From NCBI GenBank assembly GCA_045650705.1, contig JAZRRK010000055.1, forward strand, positions 13,842 through 77,841: 64,000 nt of DNA, written 5' to 3'. Below, in pieces: positions 49,582 to 58,915 of the stretch. Numbering within the stretch: the first letter of the stretch is position 1; each line of letters starts with the position of its first letter. The notes below the pieces were generated by a model. That model was not told the origin of the DNA. It worked only from the letters and a program-made list of their open reading frames with translations, and did no database searches. A program made the position numbers and the translations under genes. This DNA comes from Clostridia bacterium (GTDB taxonomy: Bacteria > Bacillota > Clostridia > TANB77 > CAG-508).

Positions 49582-50730
49582 ATGAAAAATAAAAAGAGTA
49601 GAGAAAATAATAAACCATTTGATTTTCTTTTATTTATGGTAGTATTAATATTATTAGGTATGGGCATAACTATGGTGTTATCAGCCAGTTCTCCAATGTC
49701 GCTTTCTACAACATCTAGTAGTTATACATATGTATCAAAGCAAGCAATATCCGCAGTATTAGGAATTGCAGTTATGCTAATAATATCAAAAATAGATTAT
49801 AAAATATATTCAAAATTCTACAAAATAATATGGATTGTCTCTATAATTGCTTTATTAGCCGTATTAATACCTGGAATAGGGGTTAGCGTTAAAGGAGCAA
49901 CAAGATGGATTAATTTCCCTATTTTTGGCTCAATACAACCATCAGAAATAACAAAGCTGGGATTAATAATATTCTTTGCTGCATATCTTACAATACATAG
50001 AAATGAATTAAAAGATTTAAAGAAAGGTTTTTTTAAACCAATAATATTTTTTGTGATGCCAGCAATAGCAATATTATTAGGTGTCCAATCACATTTAAGT
50101 GCATCAGTCTTAATAATTTTAACAGTATCGATTATGATGCTAATGGCAGGATGTAAATTTTCTCATTTTGCCATATTTGGAGGAGCAGGAGCAGTTTTAG
50201 GAGGAGGAGCATTATATGTCCTTGCTAAATATTTTGGAATAGGTGCATATAGGCTACAAAGACTAATAGCATTTGCAGATCCATGGGCAGACCCATTAGA
50301 TACAGGTTGGCAAATTATACAAGGACTATATGCAATAGGTTCAGGAGGATTATTCGGAGTAGGTTTAGGTAATAGTAGACAAAAATATCTATACATATCT
50401 GAGCCACATAATGATTATATATTTGCTGTACTTGCTGAAGAACTAGGATTTGTTGGATGTGTAATTGTAATGCTACTATTTGCAATATTTATCTGGAGAG
50501 GAACAATAATTGCTATGAAGGCACCAGATATGTTTGGAAGTTTATTAGCTTGTGGAATAACAGGATTAATAGGATTTCAAGCAATAATAAATATAGCAGT
50601 TGTAACATCATCAATGCCAGTTACAGGAATATCACTTCCATTTTTCAGCTACGGAGGAACATCACTAATAATTTTGCTTGCGTCGGTTGGAATACTACTC
50701 AATATATCAAGGCAAGCATCTAAAATTTAG
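49582..50730 (+). CDS. ftsW: SEDS-family peptidoglycan glycosyltransferase FtsW/SpoVE
   Basis: 10-TM SEDS sequence (PHNDYIFA, LPFFSYGGTS); dcw cluster position. Confidence 0.85.
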   Translation: MKNKKSRENNKPFDFLLFMVVLILLGMGITMVLSASSPMSLSTTSSSYTYVSKQAISAVLGIAVMLIISKIDYKIYSKFYKIIWIVSIIALLAVLIPGIGVSVKGATRWINFPIFGSIQPSEITKLGLIIFFAAYLTIHRNELKDLKKGFFKPIIFFVMPAIAILLGVQSHLSASVLIILTVSIMMLMAGCKFSHFAIFGGAGAVLGGGALYVLAKYFGIGAYRLQRLIAFADPWADPLDTGWQIIQGLYAIGSGGLFGVGLGNSRQKYLYISEPHNDYIFAVLAEELGFVGCVIVMLLFAIFIWRGTIIAMKAPDMFGSLLACGITGLIGFQAIINIAVVTSSMPVTGISLPFFSYGGTSLIILLASVGILLNISRQASKI

Positions 50731-50733
50731 AAT

Positions 50734-50827
50734 TGTAGGGGCGACCATTGGTCGTCCGTTCTACGAAGTAGTGCTATAAAAGCCCCTTTAACAAGGGGGC
50801 TGTCACCGTTAGGTGACTGGGGGTTCT
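50734..50827 (+). repeat. Composite multi-hairpin element B, short copy (begins with a family A hairpin)
   Basis: TGTAGGGGCGACCATTGGTCGTCCG...AGCCCCTTTAACAAGGGGGCTGTCACCGTTAGGTGACTGGGGGTTCT. Confidence 0.75.
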
Positions 50828-50856
50828 TAACCCTAGTAAGAGAAGGGAGGCAAATC

Positions 50857-51957
50857 ATGAAAGTCATAATTGCAGCAGCAGGAACAGGAGGACATATAAA
50901 TCCAGGTATTGCTATAGCAAACGAAATAAAAAAGCATAAACAAAATGCAGATATAACATTTATTGGAACTCCAAGAGGATTAGAAAATGACTTAGTACCA
51001 AGGGCAGGATATAAATTAAAAACAATAAATGCATATGGAATAAAAAGACAATTAAGTATTTCTAATTTAAAAAATGCATATAAGACATTAAAAAGCTATA
51101 AAGACGCAAAAAAAATAATAAAACAAATAAAACCAGATATAATAATTGGAACAGGAGGATATATTTGTGGACCAGTATTACAAGCTGGAATAAAAATGGG
51201 GATACCTACGATACTTCATGAAAGTAATGCTTTTCCAGGAATGACAGTTAAGTTGCTATCTAAAAAAGTTGATACAGTTTTAGTGGGATTTGAAGATGCA
51301 AAGAAGAGACTTATAAAAGCAAAAAACATAGTACTAACTGGAACTCCAACAAAAATTGAAAAAATAAGTTTAAATGAAGGACAAAAAGGTCAAATAAAAA
51401 AACAATTTAAAATAGCAAATGATTTACCAATAGTAGTAATATTTGGGGGTAGCCAAGGAGCAGAATCTATAAATAAATGTTTAATAAACTTAATTAATAA
51501 TAAATTAAATAAATCATATCAAATAGTTTGGGCAGTTGGTAAATTAAATTATGAACAAGTAAGAGAAAGCATAAAAGAGCAATATAATTCAGTAATAGTT
51601 CCATATATATATAATATGGATGAAGTACTAAATCTTGCAGATCTAGTAGTATCAAGAAGCGGTGCAATGACAATAACAGAAGTGGCGAGATGTGGAAAAC
51701 CAGCAATATTTATACCATATCCATATGCAACAGAAAATCATCAAGAATATAATGCTAAAGTATTAGCAAATGCGAATGCTGCAAAGATAGTATTAGATAA
51801 AGATTTAAATGAGGAAATTTTAAATAAATCTATAAATCAAATAATAAATGACAAAGATATGTTAAAAAGAATGGGAGATAACGCAGAAAAAATAGCAATA
51901 CAAAACGTAGAAGAGAGAATTTATGCTGAAATAGAGAAATGTTATAATAAATCTTAA
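50857..51957 (+). CDS. murG: UDP-N-acetylglucosamine--N-acetylmuramyl-(pentapeptide) pyrophosphoryl-undecaprenol GlcNAc transferase
   Basis: AAGTGGHINPG N-terminus, GGSQGA motif. Confidence 0.9.
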   Translation: MKVIIAAAGTGGHINPGIAIANEIKKHKQNADITFIGTPRGLENDLVPRAGYKLKTINAYGIKRQLSISNLKNAYKTLKSYKDAKKIIKQIKPDIIIGTGGYICGPVLQAGIKMGIPTILHESNAFPGMTVKLLSKKVDTVLVGFEDAKKRLIKAKNIVLTGTPTKIEKISLNEGQKGQIKKQFKIANDLPIVVIFGGSQGAESINKCLINLINNKLNKSYQIVWAVGKLNYEQVRESIKEQYNSVIVPYIYNMDEVLNLADLVVSRSGAMTITEVARCGKPAIFIPYPYATENHQEYNAKVLANANAAKIVLDKDLNEEILNKSINQIINDKDMLKRMGDNAEKIAIQNVEERIYAEIEKCYNKS

Positions 51958-51971
51958 ATCAAAATATAATA

Positions 51972-52010
51972 GCAATATAACCTACTTTGGTAGGCTATAT
52001 TGCTTATTTT
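51972..52010. terminator. Bidirectional terminator
   Basis: GCAATATAACCTAC / GTAGGCTATATTGC. Confidence 0.7.
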
Positions 52011-52468
52011 TATCTGTTTAACAAATATACTCCTAAATTCAAATATGAAGCAAATAGTATCCAAAGTATATATGGAATTTGAAGTAGCCCTGCTATTTTA
52101 TTTTTAGAGTAAAATTCCCTTATCATTATTATTACTACAACTGCAAGCAATATAATCCAGAAAAAAGAAAATAATCTCCATTTAAATGTAAAAAAGAAAA
52201 AAGACCATAAAGCATTTATAAATAGTTGTAAATAATAAATTAAATTAATTCTAGGATTAACAAGAGAATTGCTTTCTAATATTCCATAAGATATTCCCAT
52301 TAATGCATACAAAATAGTCCAAACTATAGGAAAAATAAAACCAGGTGGTGATAAAGGTGGTTGATTTAATGAATTATAATCTATGGAGCTAGAAGTAAGA
52401 AGTCCGACAATACCACCAACTATTAAAGGAATTAGAATAGACTTAAAATAAATTTTAAAATTTGACAT
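52010..52468 (-). CDS. tspO: TspO/MBR tryptophan-rich sensory protein
   Basis: 5-TM, PPGFIFPIVWTILYALMG motif. Confidence 0.8.
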   Translation of the reverse strand: MSNFKIYFKSILIPLIVGGIVGLLTSSSIDYNSLNQPPLSPPGFIFPIVWTILYALMGISYGILESNSLVNPRINLIYYLQLFINALWSFFFFTFKWRLFSFFWIILLAVVVIIMIREFYSKNKIAGLLQIPYILWILFASYLNLGVYLLNR

Positions 52469-52596
52469 ATTATACCCCCTTATATAAATATATTCAAACT
52501 TTCTAGCATATATTTGTAAAATTTAAAAATAAATATTATTTAATTCATGGTCCAGGCACAAAAATTTATCTAAAACATATAATTTGGTATAGATAA

Positions 52597-52951
52597 ATGG
52601 AGGTGCTTTTTTTGTTATTTTATTTAACAAGTTTTATAGAATTTTGTAAAACTGCTTTTTTTGTTTTAGGGTACATATCAAATAATAGCTTGTTTCCAGA
52701 ACCATTATCACCAGAAGAAGAGAAAGAATATTTGGAAAGATATATGAATGGTGATGAAGAAGCTAGAAACATACTAATAGAAAGAAACCTAAGATTAGTA
52801 GCACACATATGCAAAAAATATAATATACCAAATCTAGAATTAGATGATTTGATTTCAATAGGAACAATAGGATTGATAAAAGGAATAAACACATTTAATC
52901 TAGATAAGAATGTTAGACTGGCTACATATGCTTCAAGATGCATCGAAAATG
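52597..52951 (+). CDS. sigK: Sigma-K 5' segment (pro-sequence plus region 2; spoIVCB-like), truncated by the intervening element
   Basis: FFVLGYISNNSLFPEPLSPEEEKEYL, NLRLVAHICKKY, LATYASRCIEN. TTG 52612 behind GGAGGTG may be the true start. CATATAAT at 52576-52583 resembles a sigma-E/K -10. Confidence 0.9.
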
Positions 52952-53462
52952 CAACTATCACGTGTTGGAAAATCAAGTGGCGATTAGTAAGCTGTTTGAT
53001 AAATTAAAGGACAAGCTAGATACTGAAATAATAATTCATACTAGCCCTACATGGAAGATACCACGAATAAATGAACATAGTACACTTGGAGAACAAATAA
53101 AATATTATCGTAGACTTGCTAATATAAAACAAACTGATTTATGCCTTAAACTTGGTTGTGATAGAGGTGTTTTAGACCATCTTGAAAATAGAGATATGAA
53201 ACTAATAAATATTAACTTAATTAAAGATATTATAAAAGAATTAAATATTGAAGATAAAATTATTATAAATGATGATTATATTTCTTTTATTTTTGATAAT
53301 CCAAGTAAAGCAATAATTGATTTTAGAAAGAAAAATAATCTTAAAAGAAGTGATTTATCCAAAATGATGAAAATTGATATATCAGTAATTAAAAGATGGG
53401 AAAATGGAAAGTGTCAAATGACTAGAGCAAGTTATAATAAATTAAAAAAATGTATGAGTTAG
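52938..53462 (+). CDS. Double-HTH (XRE-like) protein; its only ATG lies in the sigK 5' segment, outside the element
   Basis: Two HTH units (LGEQIKYYRRLANIKQTDLCLKLG; IIDFRKKNNLKRSDLSKMMKIDISVIKRWENG). No internal ATG before the first HTH. Confidence 0.6.
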   Translation: MHRKCNYHVLENQVAISKLFDKLKDKLDTEIIIHTSPTWKIPRINEHSTLGEQIKYYRRLANIKQTDLCLKLGCDRGVLDHLENRDMKLININLIKDIIKELNIEDKIIINDDYISFIFDNPSKAIIDFRKKNNLKRSDLSKMMKIDISVIKRWENGKCQMTRASYNKLKKCMS

Positions 53463-53650
53463 TCGCTCGTACATTTTTCTTTATCTTTTAAATGCCCTAA
53501 TACAGAATTTAATAATTCTCTTTTAGATGCATCATTAATATTTAATTGTTTTATTTTTTCTATCAATAGGGTTGCATGAAAGTCTGCAACTCTATTTTCA
53601 AGTTCTTTTTTATCTTCTTCTAGTTCTGGAAGATTTACAATAACTTTCAT
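53459..53650 (-). CDS. Small acidic hypothetical protein (63 aa), last gene of the minus-strand module
   Basis: GGAGG SD; follows the FtsK-like gene. Confidence 0.5.
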   Translation of the reverse strand: MKVIVNLPELEEDKKELENRVADFHATLLIEKIKQLNINDASKRELLNSVLGHLKDKEKCTSD

Positions 53651-53696
53651 GCTAGCCTCCTTACTTAAAGTTTATTCAAACTATAAAATAATTTGA

Positions 53697-55070
53697 TTAA
53701 TGTTTGTTATTATTTAGGATTTTTTCATAATCATCAATCCAATAACATTGTGCAAGTGTCTTGTTAACATTTGAAATATATAATCCTCTAGCATTTTTAG
53801 GGATTTTTTCAGCTGCATCTTTATTATCTAGTATGATATTGCTTAATATTTCATCAGCTCTAAAACAAATACGATAACCTATATTAGTTCTAATTTGACC
53901 TGAAATTAAATCAGCTGAAGGACGTTGTGTTGAGAGTAATAAATGTATACCTACCATACGACCTAAACGAGCTATTTTTTCAATATTTCGTTCAATTTTT
54001 TCAAGTTGTTCTTTTTCTTCTTTGGATAAATGTTTTTTATCAATTGTTAATACTTCAGCAACTTCATCAAAAGCAAGTATAATATGTTTCATTTTATTAG
54101 TAGCTTTCTTATTATAATTATCAATATTATTAACACCAAATTTAATTAATTCTTGAACCCTTATATCATATTCTTCTATAAGGTTGTCTAATACCATAAG
54201 TAAATCATTTTTAGTGCTAACAATTTTACATTTATCATGCCAAATTTTTTCGTAGTCTATTGCATTTTTAAAATCTGCTATAATTACCTTATGTCCTAAT
54301 GCTAAAGCCTGTGCTAAAACTAATTTTACAGAGGTTGTCTTGCCTGAATTGCTTTCGCCACCATCTAAACCATGAGGAATTGTAGACATATTCCAAATTT
54401 CTTGTTCGCCAAATGCATCTACACCTAAAACTACTTTTAGTTCAACATCATCTTTTTGTAAATAATTATTGTTCCAAATTTTAGGTTTAGGATTACTTAA
54501 ATCTTCTTTTGTTAAGCATAGAAGAATTTTGTTATTTCCTAATTTTTTAATGCCTTTTACTATGTACCCATAAATTTCTATTCTGCTCATATTCTTTTCC
54601 CAATCAGCAATCATTGTTGAATTAGTGAAAAATTTATATATCATTGTATTTTTATCTTTAGGATTAATATAACTTGCTATAAATATGGCTGTTCCTCTAG
54701 CATAATTTACTATTCCTGCATTATATATTTTTTCACATATTTTGTTAGAATTAATAGGTATTGCTAGACCTATTACATATACAATATAAAATAGGATTGC
54801 TAGAATAACTGCTATTATGTTTGATGGTATATTTGTGCCTAACATATTATTAATTAGCATTAATATTTTGTTATCAGGTATTTCAACACTTAAATTATGA
54901 ATTATTAATAATACTATTCCTAATACTATTGTTCCAATGATTAAAGCTATTAACTTTAATTTATTATGATAAAATTGATTTACTGCTATCTCCAAAAATT
55001 GAGGTATAGTAATTTTTCCCTTTTTATATGCTCTATTATTTTTTATTGCCTTATTTAAATTATCTTTCAT
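53697..55070 (-). CDS. FtsK/SpoIIIE-family (TcpA/Orf21-like) membrane DNA translocase / coupling protein
   Basis: N-terminal TM helices, Walker A GESNSGKT, Walker B ILAFDEV, LLSTQRP. Confidence 0.85.
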   Translation of the reverse strand: MKDNLNKAIKNNRAYKKGKITIPQFLEIAVNQFYHNKLKLIALIIGTIVLGIVLLIIHNLSVEIPDNKILMLINNMLGTNIPSNIIAVILAILFYIVYVIGLAIPINSNKICEKIYNAGIVNYARGTAIFIASYINPKDKNTMIYKFFTNSTMIADWEKNMSRIEIYGYIVKGIKKLGNNKILLCLTKEDLSNPKPKIWNNNYLQKDDVELKVVLGVDAFGEQEIWNMSTIPHGLDGGESNSGKTTSVKLVLAQALALGHKVIIADFKNAIDYEKIWHDKCKIVSTKNDLLMVLDNLIEEYDIRVQELIKFGVNNIDNYNKKATNKMKHIILAFDEVAEVLTIDKKHLSKEEKEQLEKIERNIEKIARLGRMVGIHLLLSTQRPSADLISGQIRTNIGYRICFRADEILSNIILDNKDAAEKIPKNARGLYISNVNKTLAQCYWIDDYEKILNNNKH

Positions 55071-55084
55071 GATAATTCCTCCTT

Positions 55085-56128
55085 TTAATTTTTAGTTTCA
55101 ATAAATTCTATATTTTCCATGTCTTGCATGATATCTATATCTTTTGTATGTTTAATTTTAATTATTTTTAATATATTGCTATCTTTATCACGTTGAAATT
55201 CCCAAATATTATGAACTCTTCTTTCAAATGCAGAATAGATACTAGGTTCGTATACTTTTTCATAAGAATAAATTTTTGAGAAATCTAAATTACTGCATAT
55301 AAATATATATTTTGCTGTAATTAGCTTTCCTTGAAATCTTGCAGGGGCTTGAGTAACTGGATGCGACCCAATGTAAATATTTAATTCAGGTATTTCAATT
55401 TGACCAACATATTCATCTATTAATATACAGGAATGGTTTAAACTATCGTAACCATCAAAAAGAGCATTTTTATTTCTATAGTTATACATTCTAAACACTT
55501 TTTTAGCATCTTTCATTAAATTATAAACAAAAGTTGTTTTTCCTACATTTGTAGTTCCTGTAATAAATGTTACTACAACATCTCTGTACTCACTTGAATA
55601 TTTATCTACTAAATACATATAAGCTATATCATCTAGTTGTTTTTTCTTATGCCATAATTTTGGATTTTTTTCTATTATGTCTTTAACAGATAGTCCATGT
55701 TTTAAATCCTCTAAAATTTGTCTTTCGAGTGGATTATTTTCTTGCTGTTCAGTTTCAAGAATTTTGCCTTCCTCATAGAAACTATTATCTTGGACACTCT
55801 CTAATTTTTCTTTATTTTTATCATCAGTCCATTTACCTGATTTCTCACAATATGCTCTGTTCTCTAGTGAACTACCATAGGCTTTTTCAATATGTGCTGT
55901 AGGGAATAAGGTCTTAAGCCTATTGAAATATATTGGACTAGGGCTATATAGGTATAAATGCTTATGTAAAATATTATTTGCTTTAGTTTTTTCTAAATTA
56001 GATAAACAGAAATACTGAACAGAAGTTAATTGTTTTACTTTTTCAAGTATAACTTCATCAGTTAGTCCAAATTTATCTACTGAATTCAATTCTATATTCC
56101 ATTTTCTAGATTGACTATTAGTAGCCAT
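55085..56128 (-). CDS. HUH endonuclease plus SF3 helicase Rep-like protein (rolling-circle initiator / relaxase candidate)
   Basis: Motif I RKWNIELN, motif II HKHLYLY, motif III YCEKSG, Walker A GTTNVGKT, Walker B ILIDEY, motif C ICSN. Confidence 0.8.
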   Translation of the reverse strand: MATNSQSRKWNIELNSVDKFGLTDEVILEKVKQLTSVQYFCLSNLEKTKANNILHKHLYLYSPSPIYFNRLKTLFPTAHIEKAYGSSLENRAYCEKSGKWTDDKNKEKLESVQDNSFYEEGKILETEQQENNPLERQILEDLKHGLSVKDIIEKNPKLWHKKKQLDDIAYMYLVDKYSSEYRDVVVTFITGTTNVGKTTFVYNLMKDAKKVFRMYNYRNKNALFDGYDSLNHSCILIDEYVGQIEIPELNIYIGSHPVTQAPARFQGKLITAKYIFICSNLDFSKIYSYEKVYEPSIYSAFERRVHNIWEFQRDKDSNILKIIKIKHTKDIDIMQDMENIEFIETKN

Positions 56129-56156
56129 TTTAAAACCTCCTTCTACATTCTACATC

Positions 56157-56214
56157 GCCATAGGTAATACTAAGGCTATGGCTTTAGGTCGGGCTTGTGT
56201 CTGCGACACAGCCC
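56157..56214 (-). promoter_or_regulatory. Two GC-rich hairpins just upstream of rep (candidate nick site / oriT)
   Basis: GCCATAG-11 nt-CTATGGC (56157-56182) and GGGCTTGTGTC-TGC-GACACAGCCC (56191-56214). Confidence 0.4.
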
Positions 56215-56233
56215 TCCTAAATAACCATATTAT

Positions 56234-56419
56234 TTAATTATTGTTAGCACTTGATAACTTTACTTTTGAATTGTTGCTATAAGTTAAGCGAATTAACTCA
56301 AGTTCAGCTTCATTTAGGAATACCAATTTTTCTACTTTATCAGTTATTTTAACTACGATACAGATGTATGGGTTACCATTTTTGCTAACACGTTCTTCAA
56401 GTTTTGCTGGTATATTCAT
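56234..56419 (-). CDS. Small hypothetical protein (61 aa), first gene of the minus-strand module
   Basis: Start MNIPAKLEERVSKNGNPYICIVVK with AAAGGAG SD. Confidence 0.5.
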   Translation of the reverse strand: MNIPAKLEERVSKNGNPYICIVVKITDKVEKLVFLNEAELELIRLTYSNNSKVKLSSANNN

Positions 56420-56635
56420 AACTATGTTCTCCTTTCTGTATTTTATTGGTAAGAGAATTGTATTTTTTAGATATAAATGATATAATCTATTCAACAAAAC
56501 TCTTATGTGCAAACTATTTATCGCGATAATTTCTGCTTGCATATTAATTGTATAATAAGTTTAGATGGTAAATATAGAAAGCTAAATTGGTATTTATTAA
56601 ATTTTTTTTGGTATTTGTTAAGAAAGGGTCAATAT

Positions 56636-57310
56636 ATGAAAGAAATTAAAAGAAAAGAAAAAATCCAAGAGATAATTGAAGAAGATAAAAAGAAGAAAGA
56701 AAATATATATAGCAAACAGCACGAAGTAATGGAAGTTGCTAGAAATCGTGTAAAAGATTTACGAAAAAGATTGGGATTAAATGCAAATAAATTTGTTGAG
56801 GGGATTGATGGTTTTAGTGATGAAACACTATATGCCATTGAAAAAGGAAATAGTGGTTTAACATTAGATAAAGCATTAAAAATATCTCAAAAATATGATG
56901 TTAGTTTAGATTATTTATTTGGTATTTCAAATTTTATGAATGAAAATGAAATATTAATAGACAAAGCATTTAAAATGGTATTTGACCCAACTATAATTAT
57001 AGATAAATATGATATAAAAGATGTAGGGACTTTTAAATTAGAATTAATGGTCTTAAATGTAAATGAATATTTAATGAAATTCTTATTTGATAGTTATAAA
57101 TTAGATGTTGATTTTGCTAATGATGAGCTTTCCGAATATGACTATAATTATAAAATAAATGAACTAAAAGATAATCTTTATGAAGCAATAAGAAATAATG
57201 GAAATTTAAGAATTCCACATGTCTTAATACCTTTTGATGAGGTTAATAATGATATTAATAAAATTTTAGATAAATATTATAAATTAAATAACCCTGATAA
57301 TAAGTTATAA
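56636..57310 (+). CDS. XRE-family HTH regulator with a C-terminal domain, divergent from the rep module
   Basis: Start MKEIKRKEK; HTH in VKDLRKRLGLNANKFVEGIDGFSDETLYAIEKGNSGLTLDKALKISQKY. Confidence 0.7.
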   Translation: MKEIKRKEKIQEIIEEDKKKKENIYSKQHEVMEVARNRVKDLRKRLGLNANKFVEGIDGFSDETLYAIEKGNSGLTLDKALKISQKYDVSLDYLFGISNFMNENEILIDKAFKMVFDPTIIIDKYDIKDVGTFKLELMVLNVNEYLMKFLFDSYKLDVDFANDELSEYDYNYKINELKDNLYEAIRNNGNLRIPHVLIPFDEVNNDINKILDKYYKLNNPDNKL

Positions 57311-57364
57311 ATTTGGATCTAAAATTTTATATATATAATATAATTAATGAAAGGAGTTAGTTAA

Positions 57365-58012
57365 ATGAAAATAACTAAATACCCTCAATCATGTTTATTG
57401 ATTGAAACAAACAACAAAAAAATATTAGTAGATGCAGGAGGATTGAAATATAAAGAAGAATATTTTGGTATATGGAAAAATGTTGATATTGTTTTATTAA
57501 CTCATAAGCATGGCGACCATGTAAATTATGATGTTTTAAAAAATATTAATGTACCTATTTATTCTACTATGGAAGTACAAAACGCTTACCCTGAACTAAA
57601 AATTAATATAATAAAAGAAAATGATAATATTTCTTTTGATAATATAAATATAGAAGTCGTTAAAGCAGTTCATGGATACAATCCAAATTTAAAAGATGGT
57701 AAAGAAGTTTTTGAAAACGTTGGTTATATCATAGATGATAATCATACAAGACTTTATATAACAAGCGATACTATTTGTTTTAATAATGATTATAAAGCTG
57801 ATATTGTTGCACTGCCTATTACAGCTCATGGACTTACAATGTCTAGTTATGAAGCTTCATTATTTGCAATAGATTTAGGTGCTAAATTGGTATTGCCTAT
57901 TCATATGGACAATGATGCATACCCAACTGATTTTGATTATATGAAAAAGAATTTTGATAAATTTAATATAAATTATAAAGTATTAGAAATTGAAGAAAGT
58001 TTGGAGGTGTAA
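57365..58012 (+). CDS. MBL-fold metallo-hydrolase
   Basis: HKHGDH motif, about 215 aa, AAGGAG SD. Confidence 0.75.
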   Translation: MKITKYPQSCLLIETNNKKILVDAGGLKYKEEYFGIWKNVDIVLLTHKHGDHVNYDVLKNINVPIYSTMEVQNAYPELKINIIKENDNISFDNINIEVVKAVHGYNPNLKDGKEVFENVGYIIDDNHTRLYITSDTICFNNDYKADIVALPITAHGLTMSSYEASLFAIDLGAKLVLPIHMDNDAYPTDFDYMKKNFDKFNINYKVLEIEESLEV

Positions 58013-58014
58013 AA

Positions 58015-58398
58015 ATGAAGGAGAATAAACTTACAATATTTATAAATAAACCTGTAGAAAAAGTATTTGAATATTCTTTAGAATCAGATAATGTTCCAAA
58101 ATGGATTACTTCAATTAAAGAAGAAATACCATCAGAGAGACCTGTAAAAGTTGGTACAAAATTAAAAAATATAGGTGTTAATAGTGATAATTGGAATTTT
58201 TATGAAGTAATTGCTTTTGAACAAGGTAAAACATTTACATTAAAGAGACTAAAAGGAGATTATTTTGTAAAATATACTTGTACTGAAAAAGATGGTGGAA
58301 CAGAATTTGAATATTTTGAATGGGCTGAAAATGAACTAGATGAATTAATGGAAATGTCAGCATTAGAATTATTAAAAGAATTAATTGAAAACGAATAG
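58015..58398 (+). CDS. SRPBCC (START/AHSA1/polyketide cyclase-like) small-ligand-binding fold protein
   Basis: 127 aa; typical N-terminus ([22 protein letters not shown]); GGAGGTG SD. Confidence 0.55.
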   Translation: MKENKLTIFINKPVEKVFEYSLESDNVPKWITSIKEEIPSERPVKVGTKLKNIGVNSDNWNFYEVIAFEQGKTFTLKRLKGDYFVKYTCTEKDGGTEFEYFEWAENELDELMEMSALELLKELIENE

Positions 58399-58412
58399 AA
58401 AGGATAAAAGAA

Positions 58413-58658
58413 ATGAGAGAATTAAAAATAAATGGTATATATAAACATTTTAAAGGAAACTATTATTTAGTTGTTGATATTGCTGGTCATTCAGAAACAA
58501 AAGAAAAATATGTAGTATATAGAAGATTATATGGAGATGGTAGCTTATGGATTAGACCAATGGATATGTTTTTAAGCGAAGTAGACCATGATAAGTACCC
58601 AAATGTAGAGCAAAAATACAGATTTGAATTACAAGATATAGAAAGTGTTGCAAAATAA
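58413..58658 (+). CDS. DUF1653-like protein, paralog 1
   Basis: [46 protein letters not shown]. Confidence 0.65.
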   Translation: MRELKINGIYKHFKGNYYLVVDIAGHSETKEKYVVYRRLYGDGSLWIRPMDMFLSEVDHDKYPNVEQKYRFELQDIESVAK

Positions 58659-58678
58659 GAATAATAGGAGGTATAAAA

Positions 58679-58912
58679 ATGAGAGAATTAAAAATTAAAG
58701 GTGTATATAAACACTATAAGGGAGATTTATATATTGTAGAAGATATAATTTATCATAGTGAAACTTGCGAAAAGATGGTAGCATATAGAGCTTTATATGG
58801 TGATAATAAATTATGGTGTAGACCTTATGAAATGTTTTTAGATGAAGTAAATAAAAATGGTCAAAAATATAGATTTGAATTACAAGAAATTAAGAGTGTA
58901 CAGGAGGTTTAA
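58679..58912 (+). CDS. DUF1653-like protein, paralog 2
   Basis: GVYKHYKGDLYIVEDIIYHSETCEKMVAYRALYGDNKLWCRPYEMF. Confidence 0.65.
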   Translation: MRELKIKGVYKHYKGDLYIVEDIIYHSETCEKMVAYRALYGDNKLWCRPYEMFLDEVNKNGQKYRFELQEIKSVQEV

Positions 58913-58915
58913 AAC

